In this document: positions 1 through 15,703 of the stretch, one piece after another
Numbering within the stretch: position 1 is the stretch's first letter
Layout: every line of letters begins with the position of its first letter
NCBI RefSeq assembly: GCF_009914755.1
Contig: NC_060926.1
Length of the DNA stretch: 64,000 bases
DNA from: the human T2T-CHM13v2.0 reference genome, Homo sapiens
Direction: 5' to 3' (one strand)
The notes under the pieces: model-generated
Told to the model about the DNA's origin: nothing
What the model saw: the letters and a program-made list of their open reading frames with translations, nothing else
Database searches by the model: none
Position numbers and translations under genes: made by a program

Positions 1-59
1 CTCTATTTAAAAAGACAAGTATTACTTGCATCAAAAATGTTGAAACCCGAAAGTTCTCT

Positions 60-896
60 GAATTATAATTTATAACATAAATATATCCCTGAAACCACTA
101 CTCAAGTCTAAGAATAGAACATTATCAGCACCTCAAAAGCCACCCACAAGCCCACTCCCAATCCCTTTCTGCTCCCTCATCTCCAGAGGTAACCACTATG
201 CTGACTGATAACACCATACGTTATTATTATATTATAATAACAGGCCACTATTATTGAACTGTAAACAAATAAAAGCACATCATATATATTCTGTACCCTG
301 GCTCTTATGTTCAACATCACATCTGAGAGATTCATCATGTTTTCACATCTAGGAATAGTTCATTCAGGTTTGTTGCTATGCAGGATACCATTATAAGAAT
401 ATACTACTAATTATTCATTGTATTATTGGCTAACATTTGAATTATTTTCATATTAGCTTATTACAAATAATGCTGTTGTGAACATTCACAAACATGTAAA
501 TGCATATATGCTGGGTTATAATTAGGTGTGAAATTTTTCTCATAGAGTACGTGTGTATTCAGCTTTAATAATTGATGCCAAACAGTTATCCAAAGTAGTT
601 GTGCCAAACATAGTGTATGAGAATATACCCACATGCTTTCAAAAACAGTTTTGTCAGTCTTGTAAATTCTAACCCTTCCAGGGAGCGTGTTGTAGCATTT
701 TATTATAGTTTAAATGTTCATTTGTAAATTCTAACCCTTCCAGGGAGTGTGTTGTAGCATTTTATTATAGTTTAAATGTTCATTTCTCTTATGACTAATG
801 TGGCTGAGAACTTTTTCAAGTTAATTGACTATCTTGGTATTCTCTATTATGAAGAATGCCTGATTCAAATCTCTTGTTCATATTTGTTTTGGGTTT
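60..896 (-). mobile_element. Old L1M (L1MC/L1ME-type) 3' region fragment, antisense
   Basis: Diverged antisense L1 3'UTR/ORF2-end motifs (ccagaggtaaccactatgctgact; tgctgttgtgaacattc; ttgatgccaaacagttatccaaagtagttgt). The element resumes at ~3362 after the MLT1 insertion. Confidence 0.7.
661..784 (+). repeat. 62-bp tandem duplication (2 copies, 1 mismatch)
   Basis: tgtaaattctaacccttccagggag(c/t)gtgt...taaatgttcatt at 661-722 and 723-784. Confidence 0.95.
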
Positions 897-1468
897 TGTA
901 ATGGTTCTATATCTTGGTGACAAGTTCTTTGGCACTTCTATTGAAAGATGGGGTCTATGTCCCCTCCTCTTTTCTTTGGCACTCCTATTGAAAGGTGGGG
1001 TCTATGTCCCCTCCTCTTGAATCTGTAGAAGCTTGTGATTTCAATAATAGAAAACTGAGGAAATAACGCTATGTGACCTGGGACTAGGTCATAAAAGGCC
1101 ATGCATTAGCCACATTGCTCACTGGAAAACTTGCTTTTGAAGCCCTGAACCACAAGGTACAAAGCTCAATTCCCGTGAGACTACAATTTTAAAGGGGCCA
1201 TGTGTAAGCACTTCTGCTAAATAAGCCCATTCTTCCAGCCATTCCCAACAAAGCATCAGACATGTCAGTGAAGCTGTTCTGAACTCACAACACTAGCTCA
1301 TTCTCCAAATGAAACTACTGAATGATCTCTGTCGACATCATTAAAAATGGAAGAATCATCTATCCAAGCCTTGCCTAAATTCCCTATTCATAAAATCATG
1401 AATCATAAAATGGTTATTTTAAGCCATTAAGTTTGGGGTTTGTCATATTTCAGTAGACAATGTTAACA
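897..1468 (+). mobile_element. MaLR MLT1 (F/G/H-class) 5' LTR
   Basis: MLT1 LTR head (ttctttggcactcctattgaaaggtggggtctatgtcccctcctcttgaatct) and tail (ttttaagccattaagtttggggtt...aaca). Confidence 0.8.
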
Positions 1469-2819
1469 GAATTTGGTACCTGAAAGTAAGATAAGTGTTA
1501 TAATAAAACCAAAAGTATGTGGCATCGGTTTGGAGATGACCAGCAGCCTTGAAGATGCTATTGGTAAAGGCTCAAAAGAAAATGAGTACACTGTTATTGG
1601 TGGTGGAAGAAAGCAGACCCTGGCTATGTAGCTGTGGAAAGTTTGGCAATACTGTTGCCTGTGGTAACATAAAAAGTTGTCAATGTACCTAATAAACTTA
1701 ATGGTCTAGCTAAGGAGACATCTGAGCAGAGTGTTGAAGATGCTGCCTGGCTTCTTCTAGCTGCCTATAATAAAATGAGAGATGAGACAGATGAACTAAA
1801 GAACAAAATATTAGGGTTTTTTTTTTTAGTAGAATTTGGAAAAAACATAAAGGCTCAAGGTAGTCTTATATCCCACAAAATATCCATAAAATAAAATATA
1901 GCTGCAAGGCAAAGATCAAATCCTGGGCATTACCAGTAAAATATTACCCTGGGGAATCCAGGTAGGGCTGAAAGTTTCTTTATTAAGATGTTAGAAGGAC
2001 TTAAGGTGGCGCCTCATAGATCACCTCAGTTAAACAAGAGTCTTAAGTAATGTTAAGGGTATTATTTAAAACTCTCTGCTAGACCATAGTGCTTCTAAAG
2101 GTATTATCCTGACGATATTATCACAGTGGTGTTATGAGTTGGGGAGGTTACTCTCAAAAAGGTTTGTGAGTGAACTTTTTGTCTAATGGAGTAGCTCATA
2201 AATTGATATATAAGCAACCTAAAGGAATTATATCAGCTTGGACTAGAGGGGATAGACAGTACAAAATGAAAAGAGGCATTTGAACTCTGAACTTTTATGT
2301 ACAGGGAGTAAGCTCAGAAAACCATTCAGCTGTGAACACAAGCTACTCTCCATGGAAAAATTAGGACTCCAAGGAAAGCATCAAGACCTCAGAGGACAGA
2401 GCCAAGATTCATGGAGAATCATTCTTAGAGGGGCAGTTCTGGGTCCTAAGCAAAGAATTGGCAACACACACTTGGGAAATTCTAGGATCACTACGGACCA
2501 GTGACTGCTGTGCACCTTTTATCTCCCACTTTTTTGAGCAGAGTGTCTACTGTCACTATCTTATGCTGTCCCACCATTGTATACGGGTTGTGTGGAGGGC
2601 AGATAACTTGTCTGTTTCACAAGGTGTCACATGAAGAGGAGTGATAACCTAGAAACTGAACCTAAAGCATCTCCTTCACACATGGACATAATTCAGATTA
2701 TGAGACAAGATTGTGAACCTTGAGCCACACAGGATAAGACTTTGGGAAGGGAGTTTAAAAGGGATGAGGGTGTTTTTCACATGGAAGAAATGAAAATGAT
2801 TTGCGACCAGAGGTTGGGC
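1469..2819 (+). mobile_element. MLT1 internal region (MLT1-int), ~1.35 kb, ORF decayed
   Basis: Starts with the MaLR-int signature (a)gaatttggtacctg. Contains ctagctaaggagacatctgagcagagtgttgaagatgctgcctggcttcttctagctgc. Ends in a purine-rich tract before the second LTR. Confidence 0.75.
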
Positions 2820-3361
2820 TCTGACAATTTTTTGACATGGCCATAAATTCTTTGACATTCCTTCAATCAAATAGCAAGATCATTGTTTTCTTCCTTTATA
2901 TCTTTGAGGGCTTGCAGCTGCTTTGGTCAATAGAGTATGATTAGAAGAAATTCTATGTGATTTCCAGGTCTAGGTTACCAAAGTTATGAAGCTGCTTTTT
3001 TATTTGCTGAAATGTTCACTTTTGGAGTCCTGAGCTGCCACATAAGAAGCCCAGTTACCGTGAGAACACCACTCTGGAGAAGCAAGTGCAAGTATCCCAT
3101 CTCAGCTAGGCTTAGCCTTCCAGCCATCCCCAACAAGGTGACAGAAATGTAAATGAAGCTGTCTCAGACCCTCCACAGCAGCTCATCTCCCAGCATATAC
3201 CACCAGATGACTCTGTTGGTGCCACGTGGGGCAGAAAAATCCCCCACCGCACCCTGTCCAAATTGCTGACCAACAATATCATGAGCTATAAGAATATGGT
3301 AGTGGGTATAAGCCTCTAAGTTTTGGAGCAGTTTGTTACACAGTGATACATAACCAGAATA
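2820..3361 (+). mobile_element. MaLR MLT1 3' LTR
   Basis: tggccataaattctttgacattcc head and taagcctctaagttttggagcagtttgttacacagtgatacataaccagaata tail; colinear with the 897-1468 LTR. Confidence 0.8.
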
Positions 3362-3779
3362 GCTGTCTTTTCCAAATTGTTTTGTTAGTGTTCTTTATAC
3401 ATTCTGGCTATAAGAATATACGGTCATCTTTATTTTTTTTTACTTTTACAATTAAATTTACAATTCACTTGATCTATTTGCTTATCCTGAATAAATTCAA
3501 CACTAATTATTGTAACTCAGTAATGTCTTGGTATCCCACTTTATTATTATTCAATATTATCATGGCTATTATTGATCCTTTGCTTTTGCATGGCAGCTAC
3601 CTGCAGGGAGCAGACTCCCTGCATGTGTACATTCAAGGCCAAATAGCCAAGTCCCCAGAATCCTTGAATTCCCTTACCATTTCCTGACAAAAAGAACAAA
3701 TAAAATGTGAAAAAAGAAGGAATGAAACTGTTACCACTTGTAGCAAACAAGATTATGTATGTAGGAAAACTATAGATTC

Positions 3780-4480
3780 ATTTTGCCTAAAACAATTTCA
3801 TATAAATGCAGTCATACAATATGTAATCTTTTGTGTAAGTCTTCTTTTATTCAGCATAATGTTTTGAAGATTAATCCATGTTGTTGAAGTTTATTTCTTG
3901 TCATTGGTGAGTTTATTATCTGAATATATTATAGTCTGTTTATCCATTCTCCTATTGATGGACACCTGTGCTATGTCCAACTTTTGGGCATTTTGAATAG
4001 TTATGAACACTCTTGCCAAATACTTTCTGTTAGCATATATCTTCATTTCATTGGTATAAATGCATGGAATTGATATAGCTGGGTCATAAGGTATGTGTAA
4101 GTTTTAGTTTTATAAGAAACTACCAGAGCATTCTCCAAATTGTTAGTATCATTTTATGTTCTCACCACCAATGCACAAGAGTTCCAGTTATTCTCCTTCA
4201 TATCAAAATGTAGTGTTGTCAATCTTTTTTGTTTTAGTTATTCTAATGAATGTGGATGGTGTCTCACTGTGATTTTAATTTGCATTTATTTTATGACGAA
4301 TAAGTTATTTTTTCATGTGCTCGTTGAGCATTTGTGTATCTATCTTTATGAAGTGTCTGCACCAATATTTTACTTACTTTTTTGAGTTATAGGGGTGCTT
4401 TCTATAGTCTCAGAACCATTCCTTTCTCAGATATATGTGTAGTGCATATTTTTTCCTACCCCTTGGTTTGCTTATTCATT
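3780..4480 (-). mobile_element. Old L1M 3' region fragment
   Basis: Antisense L1 motifs (tttatccattctcctattgatggacacctg; gtggatggtgtctcactgtgattttaatttgcattt). Confidence 0.75.
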
Positions 4481-4489
4481 TCTTAGCAA

Positions 4490-4905
4490 AGCTAATGTTC
4501 CTCTCAAAACTTTATGAGAACTGCTATTCTTCTGTATGTAATTTGTCCTTTTTTTCCTGGCTACTTAGAGGATTTTTCTCAATAACTTTGAATATCAGCA
4601 GGTTGACCATAATGCAAGGTTTTCTTTTTATTTACCCTGTTTTGGTTTTACTGGTTTCTTACCTCTGAAACTTATATCTTCCAGCAAATATAGAAAAATG
4701 TCAAACATGATCTCTTCAAGTACTTTTTGCTTCATTCTCTCTTTCCTCTCTTCTCGGACTCCAGTTGCAAATATAATAGACACTTTGATATTGTCCCACA
4801 GGGACATGTCTCCGGGCTCTCTTCTCTGTCTTCTCTCTTCTGCTCTTAAGCCAATACAGTGAATTTTTATTTCAGATTGCATTTTTCAGTTCTAGAATTT
4901 TCCTG
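4490..4905 (-). mobile_element. Old L1M ORF1-region fragment
   Basis: The minus-strand ORF 4628-4882 resembles decayed L1 ORF1 (WDNIK...GVREERKERMKQKVLEEIM). Confidence 0.6.
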
Positions 4906-5887
4906 TCTACTTAAGCCTAGTAAACAGGCTTTAAAGAACCATCTTGAGTAGATAATATATCTTTTGATATGTAAGAGACACAGGATTATTATCTGACTCC
5001 TACCTAGAGAAATCTGATACCAAGAGGCTATATGGAGTTGGCAGGAAAAGAAAAAGAAGCCTGAGTTGGGAGTGAGCTCCTCTCCCATACAGTGAAGCAA
5101 TGGTGTGTATTTCCCCAGGTCTACATGTTGTCCCCTTGGAAGGCTCAGATTCATCATAAAAGGGATTCTGCCTAAGAGAATCTCATGGAGACCATATGAT
5201 CCCACCATAGTAATAAGCTCCTAGAAGCCTAGAAGCTAAAGAGAAGGTTGTTGACAGCTAGCAGGAGCAAAGGCAATACCAGGTGAATGGATGTGTAATA
5301 GGAGATCTCTAAACAGGAGATCTCTAAAAAATTTCTAAAATGAATCCATGAAAAGAAAGATATCTTCCTCTGAGCATAACCTAAAGTTGCCCCAAAACAT
5401 CAGCTAAAAGGCAACTTGGAATAAGAAAAGAAAATAGAATTTGACCAGATATTCCACCTGACTTCAAGCATCCAGCCTGTTGCAGGCTAAGCTGTACAAG
5501 CAGAGAAGCATTAATTGGATCAGAGTGGAGATTGTAATACTACTTGGGAATGAGGATGTATGATCAATACACTAGAATAGATTTTATTGTAATCCTTCCG
5601 TGACTAGAAAACCTATGGGGTTTAATATTTAATGTAAGGGCTGAAAAAATATTAATGTAGAAAGCAAATTTGAAATTACTAAAAGAGAAAGAATAAGGTT
5701 AGTATCTGCATATGTGTATCTGTGTGTGTGTATGTTTGTATGTATTCAGTAGCATTGTAGGATCACTTCTGTCATATTATATCCATATATTAAAGTTATC
5801 TATCAATTATATGCCTTCATGGTATATTTATACACAGATAGGATTGTCTGTGTGTCTGTGTGTGTGTGTGTAAAATACTTAAACATT

Positions 5888-6200
5888 GGCCGGGCGCTGT
5901 GGCTCATGCCTGTAATCCCAGCACTTTGGGAGGCCGAGGTGGGTGGATCACGAGGTCAGGAGATCGAGACCATCCTGGCTAACACGGTGAAACCCCGTCT
6001 CTACTAAAAAAAATACAAAAAATTAGCCGGGCGTGGTGGCAGGTGCCTGTAGTCCCAGATGCTCAGGAGGCTGAGGCAGGAGAATGGCGTGAACCCAGGA
6101 GGCGGAGCTTGCAGTGAGCCGAGATGGCACCACTGCACTCCAGCCTGGGTGACAGAGCGAGACTCCGTCTCAAAACAAACAAACAAAAAAAAAAAAACAA
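5888..6200 (+). mobile_element. AluY
   Basis: Y diagnostics (gatcacgaggtcaggagatcgagaccatcctggctaacacggtg; gaatggcgtgaacc; ggagcttgcagtgagc). A-rich tail. Degenerate TSD aaatacttaaacatt / aaaacttaaatatt. Confidence 0.95.
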
Positions 6201-6340
6201 CAAAACTTAAATATTGACAGTGATGCATGGGAAAATTGTATCAATTTTTTTTTAGTTTTTAGATTTTTTAACTTCTACAATGAACGTATATTCTATTTGA
6301 CACAAAAAAAAATATACTGTCTTTTTCAATGGACTGTGAG

Positions 6341-6702
6341 TCTCTTAGTCTGTTTGGTCTGCTATAACAAAATACCATACACTGTGTAGCTTATAAACAA
6401 CAGAAACTTATTTCCTACAGTTCTGGAGGCTGGGAAGTCCAAGATCAAAATGCCAACAGATTTGGTGTTGGTGAGGGCACATTTCCTAATTCATAGGTGG
6501 TACCTTCTTGCTGTGTCCTCCCATGGCAGAAGGGGCAAACCAGCTGCCTTGGCACCTGTGTTCTAAGGTTCCTATTGCCATTCGTGAAGACTTTGCCCTC
6601 ATGATCCTATCACCTCCCAAAGGTCCCACCTCTTAATACCATCACATTGGGCATTATAATTTCAACATATGAATCAGGAGAGACACCAAACAGAGTATAG
6701 CA
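6341..6702 (-). mobile_element. MLT1A/MST-type MaLR solo LTR
   Basis: cttagtctgtttggtctgctataacaaaatacca...cagttctggaggctgggaagtccaagatcaa...cacctcccaaaggtcccacctcttaataccatcacattggg. Confidence 0.85.
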
Positions 6703-7020
6703 ATGAGTTAGTACTTTTCAGTTAACAAACAAGTATCTCAGATATTCTAATCATGTCCTCACAGTTATCATCATTTTCAAAGTTTTGATTTTAATGGTTT
6801 GACACATTAGAGAGCAAGTATTTCAGTATATTTGAAGGATAAATCACATTTAATTCCCTTTATTAAGTGATACACTTGAAAATTCCCAAATACTATTGTA
6901 ACATTCTCCTTAAGGAACTGCCTTTATTTAGACTTTCTTCAGTCTTGAAATTCCATTGTGATACTCAGCCTCAGAGCTGTAACATTTGTCACACAGATAA
7001 TGCTTTTTGTCCTTGACTTT

Positions 7021-7024
<4 letters not shown>

Positions 7025-7064
<40 letters not shown>
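7025..7064 (+). repeat. (TG)n microsatellite
   Basis: Long, nearly pure TG run. Confidence 0.95.
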
Positions 7065-7065
<1 letters not shown>

Positions 7066-8472
7066 CTGAGTATCTCCTAACATTTTTTTTTCATCTCTTC
7101 TCTTCCCTGGATATTGATTACAGCATTGAAGCATCTGCCTAAGTTTTTACTTTTTGAGGCTGTTTGACATTTAAAGTATACATAAAAAATTCTGGTAAAT
7201 CTATGTGCTTTGGTCATTCTTTTTTTATTTATATTTTTGCTCTTTTACTGCTGGCTACATAAACTAAACTATTTACACTCCCTCAGTTTTTATGGTGCCT
7301 GTGGGCTAATCATTTAACTTTAACATACATTTTATTTTGTCATTGAACTTGCTTTCAATTATTTTCTCCTAACATTTACAGAGAGACCTTACACATAGTT
7401 ACTATACTGTCACCCCATGTTAATAGCTCTCTGCTGTGGGTTCTAGACATAAATGGGTGTGTCAGGGTCCTCCATTTCTATTTTTCCCCCTTACAAATAA
7501 ATGCTTTAATACATTGAATGTGTAACTTGCTGCCCTTTCTACTTGCATCTTCTCTGGTTCTTTTAATTATTTTATATCACCCTGTTACAAATGGGTCATA
7601 ATCTAAATATTTATTTGGTCTAACTATCAAATGTTTCTTTATTGAATAAAATTCACAAAAATCTGTGGAAAAAATGCAGTCAAGAAAGAGGGAGGTAACT
7701 TTACCAAAAGGCTAAAAATCAAGCTGATTAATTCAACATTTCTTAAGTTTACTACTAAATATATATAAAATTACTGAGGAAAAAAAATCGACAGTGATTT
7801 CCTTTTCTAAATTCTGTGATAATACTATGCATAGAGAGATCAGTGTAATAAATTTCTTAAGCTCAAAAGATAATCAAGGCTAAAAAAAGAAGTCATATTT
7901 TCAAACCTACAATTTAGTTTAGATTGGTTTAAATTATAGAATGTTCTGGTACCCAGAATCAATCTGCAAGAGATGTAGCAATCTTGATGAAGGTCTCAGT
8001 AAATTCTTTCTTTACTTCTAGAGGGAGTTTAACAGATCACATACTGCCTTTACAAAGTCCTGTATTTCATAGGTAACAAAATACCCAGTCAGTCAAGGAT
8101 CAAATGCTAATATGTGGTGTTTAATCACCCAGGAGTGAAAGATGCCATTGCATAAAGATATGATTCCTCCCCTAGATTTCAAAGATATTTAAACTTCTCC
8201 TGCATCTCAATTCTCCTTTAATCACAAGAAAATCACCATGTTATTTATACGGTCAGTGTAACCCGTAATTGCAATTATTATCACATGAAATATATCAAAG
8301 CCACTAATTTCCAACCTGCTTCTATCACACTTGTGGTTCAAGTATGGTAGCATGTGTTTTGCAGTGACTGAATTGTATTAATGAGAAATATACATCTGAA
8401 AATATAGGCTGTAGAAACTAATTGTGTTCACTGATGTCAGTCTCTTCCCATTCATGCTCCTCAATAAAGATA

Positions 8473-10716
<2,244 letters not shown>

Positions 10717-11079
10717 AAAATGATATACATTTTACTCCTGAAGTAAACATGTTAAATAAACACATTGCTTGTCCTTTTGATCAATGTCAGAAATTGTGGG
10801 GAAAAAATGAGAAAAACATTTTCCTACATAGGATTGCATGCAAGTGATCCCAATTGACACAATATGGAAGACAGTGGAGAAATATCTAGGCTGCCCATAA
10901 TTTATCATCTTCTCTCTGCCCTCTTCTCTGTAGTGGACATTTGGTGTCTGTCAAAGAACAAAACAACTATGTATACAGTACTTGCAAAAAATTAATGTTT
11001 TCTAAAGCATTTTAAGTTTTTCTTTTCTTATTTTGGATGTACTGAAAGCCCCACCCCACCATATTTCTCTCTTAATTCA

Positions 11080-13030
11080 TAGTTATATACTCTATTTTGC
11101 TTCTTCTAGCAGTTACTCTAGAAATTTCAACATAAACATTTACCATAAAGATAATCCATGTTAACTCTTCAGAACCATGCAAGAACCTATAAGCAATTTA
11201 TCTCACGCCACAGTTTTCTCTCTTGGCTAAACTTTTATAAGGTGATATTTTAGTTCTATCTTATTTTTTAACACTAAAAATTATGTTAAAATTTTAATAA
11301 TGATTTTGTATTACCTACATGATTACTATGTGGTTGTCTCAAGTTTTCTTCTTCTATCTCATACCTTTCTTTTGTGGTCATTTGTATTCTGGAAAATGTT
11401 ACTGGCAGTCCATTCATCCCAAGTAATCTCAGTGTTTGTCTCTAATACCCTCATTTTGCCTATTGTCTTCAAAGTCTTATTAATATGGATTTGTAGGGAA
11501 CCATTTTCTTTCAGCAGTTTGAAGACATCCTTCTGTCTCCTTCTGTCTTCTGGCTCCCACTCTTATTATGGAGATATCACTTTTAATCTAATAGTCACCC
11601 CTTGAATGGTCCCTGTCATTTCTTTGGCTATTTTATGATCTCCTTTGTATCTTTGGTTCTCTGCAGTTTCACTATGATGTGCCCAATATGAATTTCTTTA
11701 CATTTATTATTAAGATTGGTGCTTTTTATCAAAAGCACCAATGGATTATTATGTCATTTTCTTTTGGAATAATTTCTCTCCATATCCTATGATCTCCTAC
11801 TGAAATGCCAATGAGAAATATCTTATACCACTTCACACTATTCTCCTTTTTGTCAACTTTAATATTCCCATCTCTTTGTCTCTCTGGGCTACATCCTGTT
11901 CAATTTCTTTTCATGTATCTTCTAGTGTATTAAGTCTCCCTTTAGCTATGTCTAATCTGCTCTACCCCCTCCCCCAATCTTCTGAGTTTCTCATTTCAAT
12001 TCTTCTCTTTCTCCTTTGTGGAAATGCTATTTTGTTCTCTCTAAAATGTGACTAGACATTTGTATAGTCTCTTGTTCCTTCATCATTTTCTGATATTGTC
12101 CTTTATTTTTTAATATATTCAATGTGCTTATTTTAGTATTGATAATACTATTATCTACAATCTTTGTGGGTCTGATTTGCAGTCCATTATTTTTTATAAC
12201 TCTCCTTCATGTGGCTTGTTACCTTATTTATTTTGTAATTGTATTTATTGTGACCTCTGTTTCATAATAATTCTTTGAGAACTGGATTTAAAGAGATTCC
12301 TCTAGGGAAGGCTTATTCATGCTTCTGCAGGTATCTAGGGATGTTTGGATTCAAGTAAAATGTCAAACTATTAGAGTCAGGGCTTTTCAGGTCACATAAT
12401 TCATGTGAATCCTGGGTCCAAACTCTTAGGAACGTGAGTTTATGATTAACAATTTTCCTGGATTTTAAAAAACAAAATCCTGTTTCTTGTCTACCCAGAA
12501 CCATGCTGGAACCTGCACATATTCTTGATGTATCTTTCTGAAGTGCAAGTTTTTCTCCAATTTACTCAATGTTGGCGTCTCCCAGAGCTGCAATATTCAA
12601 CTTCAGTGGGTACTATTCACATTGTGGTCCATGTAAAAAGCATTCCCTGGAGGTGTGTAGTGTCTTATGCGATGCTCTTGGTGTCACCATTTGGACATCC
12701 CAGTTTTAAATGAGCATCTCTGATCCGACCCTTGCATCTACCCAAGCTTGGTTTTCTTTCCCCAGATCACTTGATCCATTAAAGTACACGGTTTTCTAGG
12801 TCACCAGAAATGAGCAGATAGATCCTTTGGGCAAACGCCACCTTTAGTGATACCTTATCTTTAGAAATTTTGCTTATTAGTTTTCCCTCATGCCAAACTA
12901 TAGCCCACTCTCCCATGCATGCCAATTAATGAATTTTAAAAGATTTCTCACATAATCTGTACATTATTGTTATATGTTTTTTACTGGAAGGGGTTCTCTG
13001 GACATTTGGTTTATCATATTATCAAAAGCA
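11080..13030 (-). mobile_element. Very old L1ME/HAL1-type fragments
   Basis: T-rich antisense L1-like motifs (ttttctttcagcagtttgaagacat; ctctgcagtttcactatgatgtgcc; tttagctatgtctaatctgct). Boundaries approximate. Confidence 0.5.
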
Positions 13031-13599
13031 GAACCTATGGAATCTACCACTGAAAACAGAGACCTAATCACTCTTCTTTCTGCTTCTCATACCACCCCTG
13101 TAGGCAGAAGAGTCATTAGCCATGGTTTCAGATAATAGGAGCTCTGCTTGTTGCAGTCTTCTGTACTCTAGTGGCTTTCTTTGATCATGGAGAGCCTCCA
13201 AGGACTCGAATAATAATGGGAGTTGGGGGTTGAGGGGCACACAGTTAGAAAGGGAGAACAGGAGGAAACTTGTACTTCTAACTTGTCAGGTTGATCATTT
13301 GTTCCTATGTTTGGTATTCTTGGCTTCCCCTTGTCATATACATTGTTATTTCATATTATAAAATAATTTTGCCTACTGCATTTAGAACCTATGACTTCCT
13401 AATAAGGAATTCATTGATATTAATTTGCTACCTTTTTTTCCTTCTAAAAAATTACTGACTTTCTTACAGTTTCACAGAGTTATAAGAGGAAAGAAAGGAT
13501 CAGTTATTGAAGGCATAATATAAGACTCTGCTGTGTACTATGTATGAGTTATTTTTATTATTCCTATTTTATAGAGAATAATAACAGCAACAATAGTAA

Positions 13600-13820
13600 T
13601 AGTAATAAGAGCTAATATCTATTGTCAGGCACTGCTCTAAGTATTTGACATGTATCAAATATAATCTTCACAACAACCTGTGGGTTAAGTGCTATTTCTA
13701 TTCCCATTATATAGATGAGAAAATAATCTTAGAGAAGTTAATTTTTCAAGTTTGTATAGGTAATGATGATAAATTGGGGGGGTTTAAACTCAGGTCTGCC
13801 TGACTGCAGATCCTATACCC
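13600..13820 (-). mobile_element. MIR
   Basis: gtcaggcactgctctaag...aatcttcacaacaacctgtg...cccattatatagatgagaaaa...tttaaactcaggtctgcctgactgcaga. Confidence 0.75.
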
Positions 13821-15170
13821 TTACTATATACAAAATAGGCTACTCTCCTAAAATCATATTGGGCATTTGGGAAGGCAGTATTTTTACTTGACAAAACAAC
13901 AACAAAACAGCATTTTTGGTGTTGCTAAAGAGTTAATACAACTTTAGAGCACGAGAGAGAATATTTTATCAAACTGAAAAAAGTTTAATGCTTTGGCTTT
14001 TCAAAGAGCATTTAATTCTCATAGGCATGCCTATCCTGTATTTCTTCATCAATTGCAGATGAACTATTAACTTTCAAATTGGTCACTGCAGGGTTCTATT
14101 TACACCTTTAATAGAGTAAATATCAAAGGAACATAAAGTGTAGGTTAAATCTAAGAGGATTTTCAAGAGAAATAAGTGATGAGAGCAACAGAATGTATCT
14201 CAATGCCCTATATATCAGTAAAGAATTAATTAAATGTATTAAGGAAAATGTAGTGTCAATTTGCTCTAATTGAGAAAATTTTTGAGATAAATTATTAAAA
14301 AAACATTTAAATGAAGAAGGTTTGGTCTGCATAATCTGCAGGAAACTTGTCTGGCCACCAAGGACTTTTTTGCTAATGAGCTTTGACTTGGTTACAGTCC
14401 CTCTGAGAGAGAAGATTTAGTCTACAATTGGCTTACTAATGAGCACTGTCAACATGTGGATTGGTCTCAGATGCTCTACTCTAAAACAAGGTGGAAGTTA
14501 TCCTCTCAACTAAACTTGTTGAACAGAACTTGGTCAGCAATTTTCCCTACCACCTTCAGTCAGCTACAAATCACCACAATTGTGTAATATTCTGGACAGG
14601 ATATAACGAATAATTATTGTAATATGAGATGAATTATAATTTTTGAAGCATCAGGAGTTTCCCTTTAATAGCTCTCCCAGCCAAATAACTGATGGATTAT
14701 GAATTTTAAAGATCAACATTATTAGATATTTCCTAGATTTAACATATATTGGAATATTATTTGAGCAAGAAAAACAAATATTTTCTATATTTAAGCAAGT
14801 CTCTTTAACTCTTAAATAGCTATACTCAGTCTGGGTGTTGACATGTCATTTTAACCAAAGAGAACAAATTGAAAAGCTTAACTTTCCACCAACTTCACTT
14901 TTATAAACAAGTTCTAAGATAATTTGAAATAAATTTTGAAAGCTCTAAAATTTTCACAGAAACAAAATTCTATAGTTTACCATATTGTTAAGCAAGATTG
15001 TGATTGTCATTTTTTCTGAGATAGATGCAAACCCATTTATCCTAAAAGTTTATCACTATGCAGTTATATACTTAATTAGTCCACTAGGGCCAAAACTTTT
15101 CAAAATAGATGAAATCACTTTAGTATAATAGTGTTGCTACAATTTAAAATTATCCTTTGCTCTGTACTAG

Positions 15171-15703
15171 TGCAGGGAAGTTTAAACTTTCCCTCTGAAG
15201 GTTCTATAATTGAATCTGCTGAAATAAACTGACAATAGACAAATTAGCTGGAGGCAAGGCTTACAAATTTATTATGTGCAAGCACAGGGGAGTCCCAAAA
15301 TATATGAGACTCAAATAAGCGTCAATGGTTGAAGCTTAAATACCCTCTTTCTGGGGAAGAAAAAAGCGAGGAATGTAGTCAATTTTAGAGGAAGAGAAAA
15401 TGATTTTTAGGGGAAATGAATGGGCCCCCAAAAATCTACCACAGCCTGGGACAAGGTTCATCTGGACTCTGAGTGTAGTGTCAACTCTAGTCTTCCTTCT
15501 TGCACGACATTCATGAATTTCTTTCAGTTAACAAGATATGTGGAGAAGGGATTCACAACTGAATATATTCTGGAGGATCCAGCTTTTAGGTAGATAGGGA
15601 AACTTCAGAGAAAGCCTTTTCACTGCATTTGCTATTCACGATGTTCTCTCAGCTTGAAGTCCAAAATGGCATATATTGGGGTATCATTTTATGACCCCCA
15701 GTG
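15171..15703 (-). mobile_element. ERV1-class solo LTR (MER67/MER31-like)
   Basis: aataaactgacaatagacaaattagc...tacaaatttatt motif. Flanked by 4-bp direct repeat CTAG (15167-15170, 15704-15707), the TSD length typical of ERV1. Confidence 0.65.

Noticed and set aside
3602-3623. Perfect 9-bp GC-rich hairpin (tgcagggag-caga-ctccctgca)
   Set aside because: Too short for a pre-miRNA; a stem this size is expected occasionally in 64 kb.
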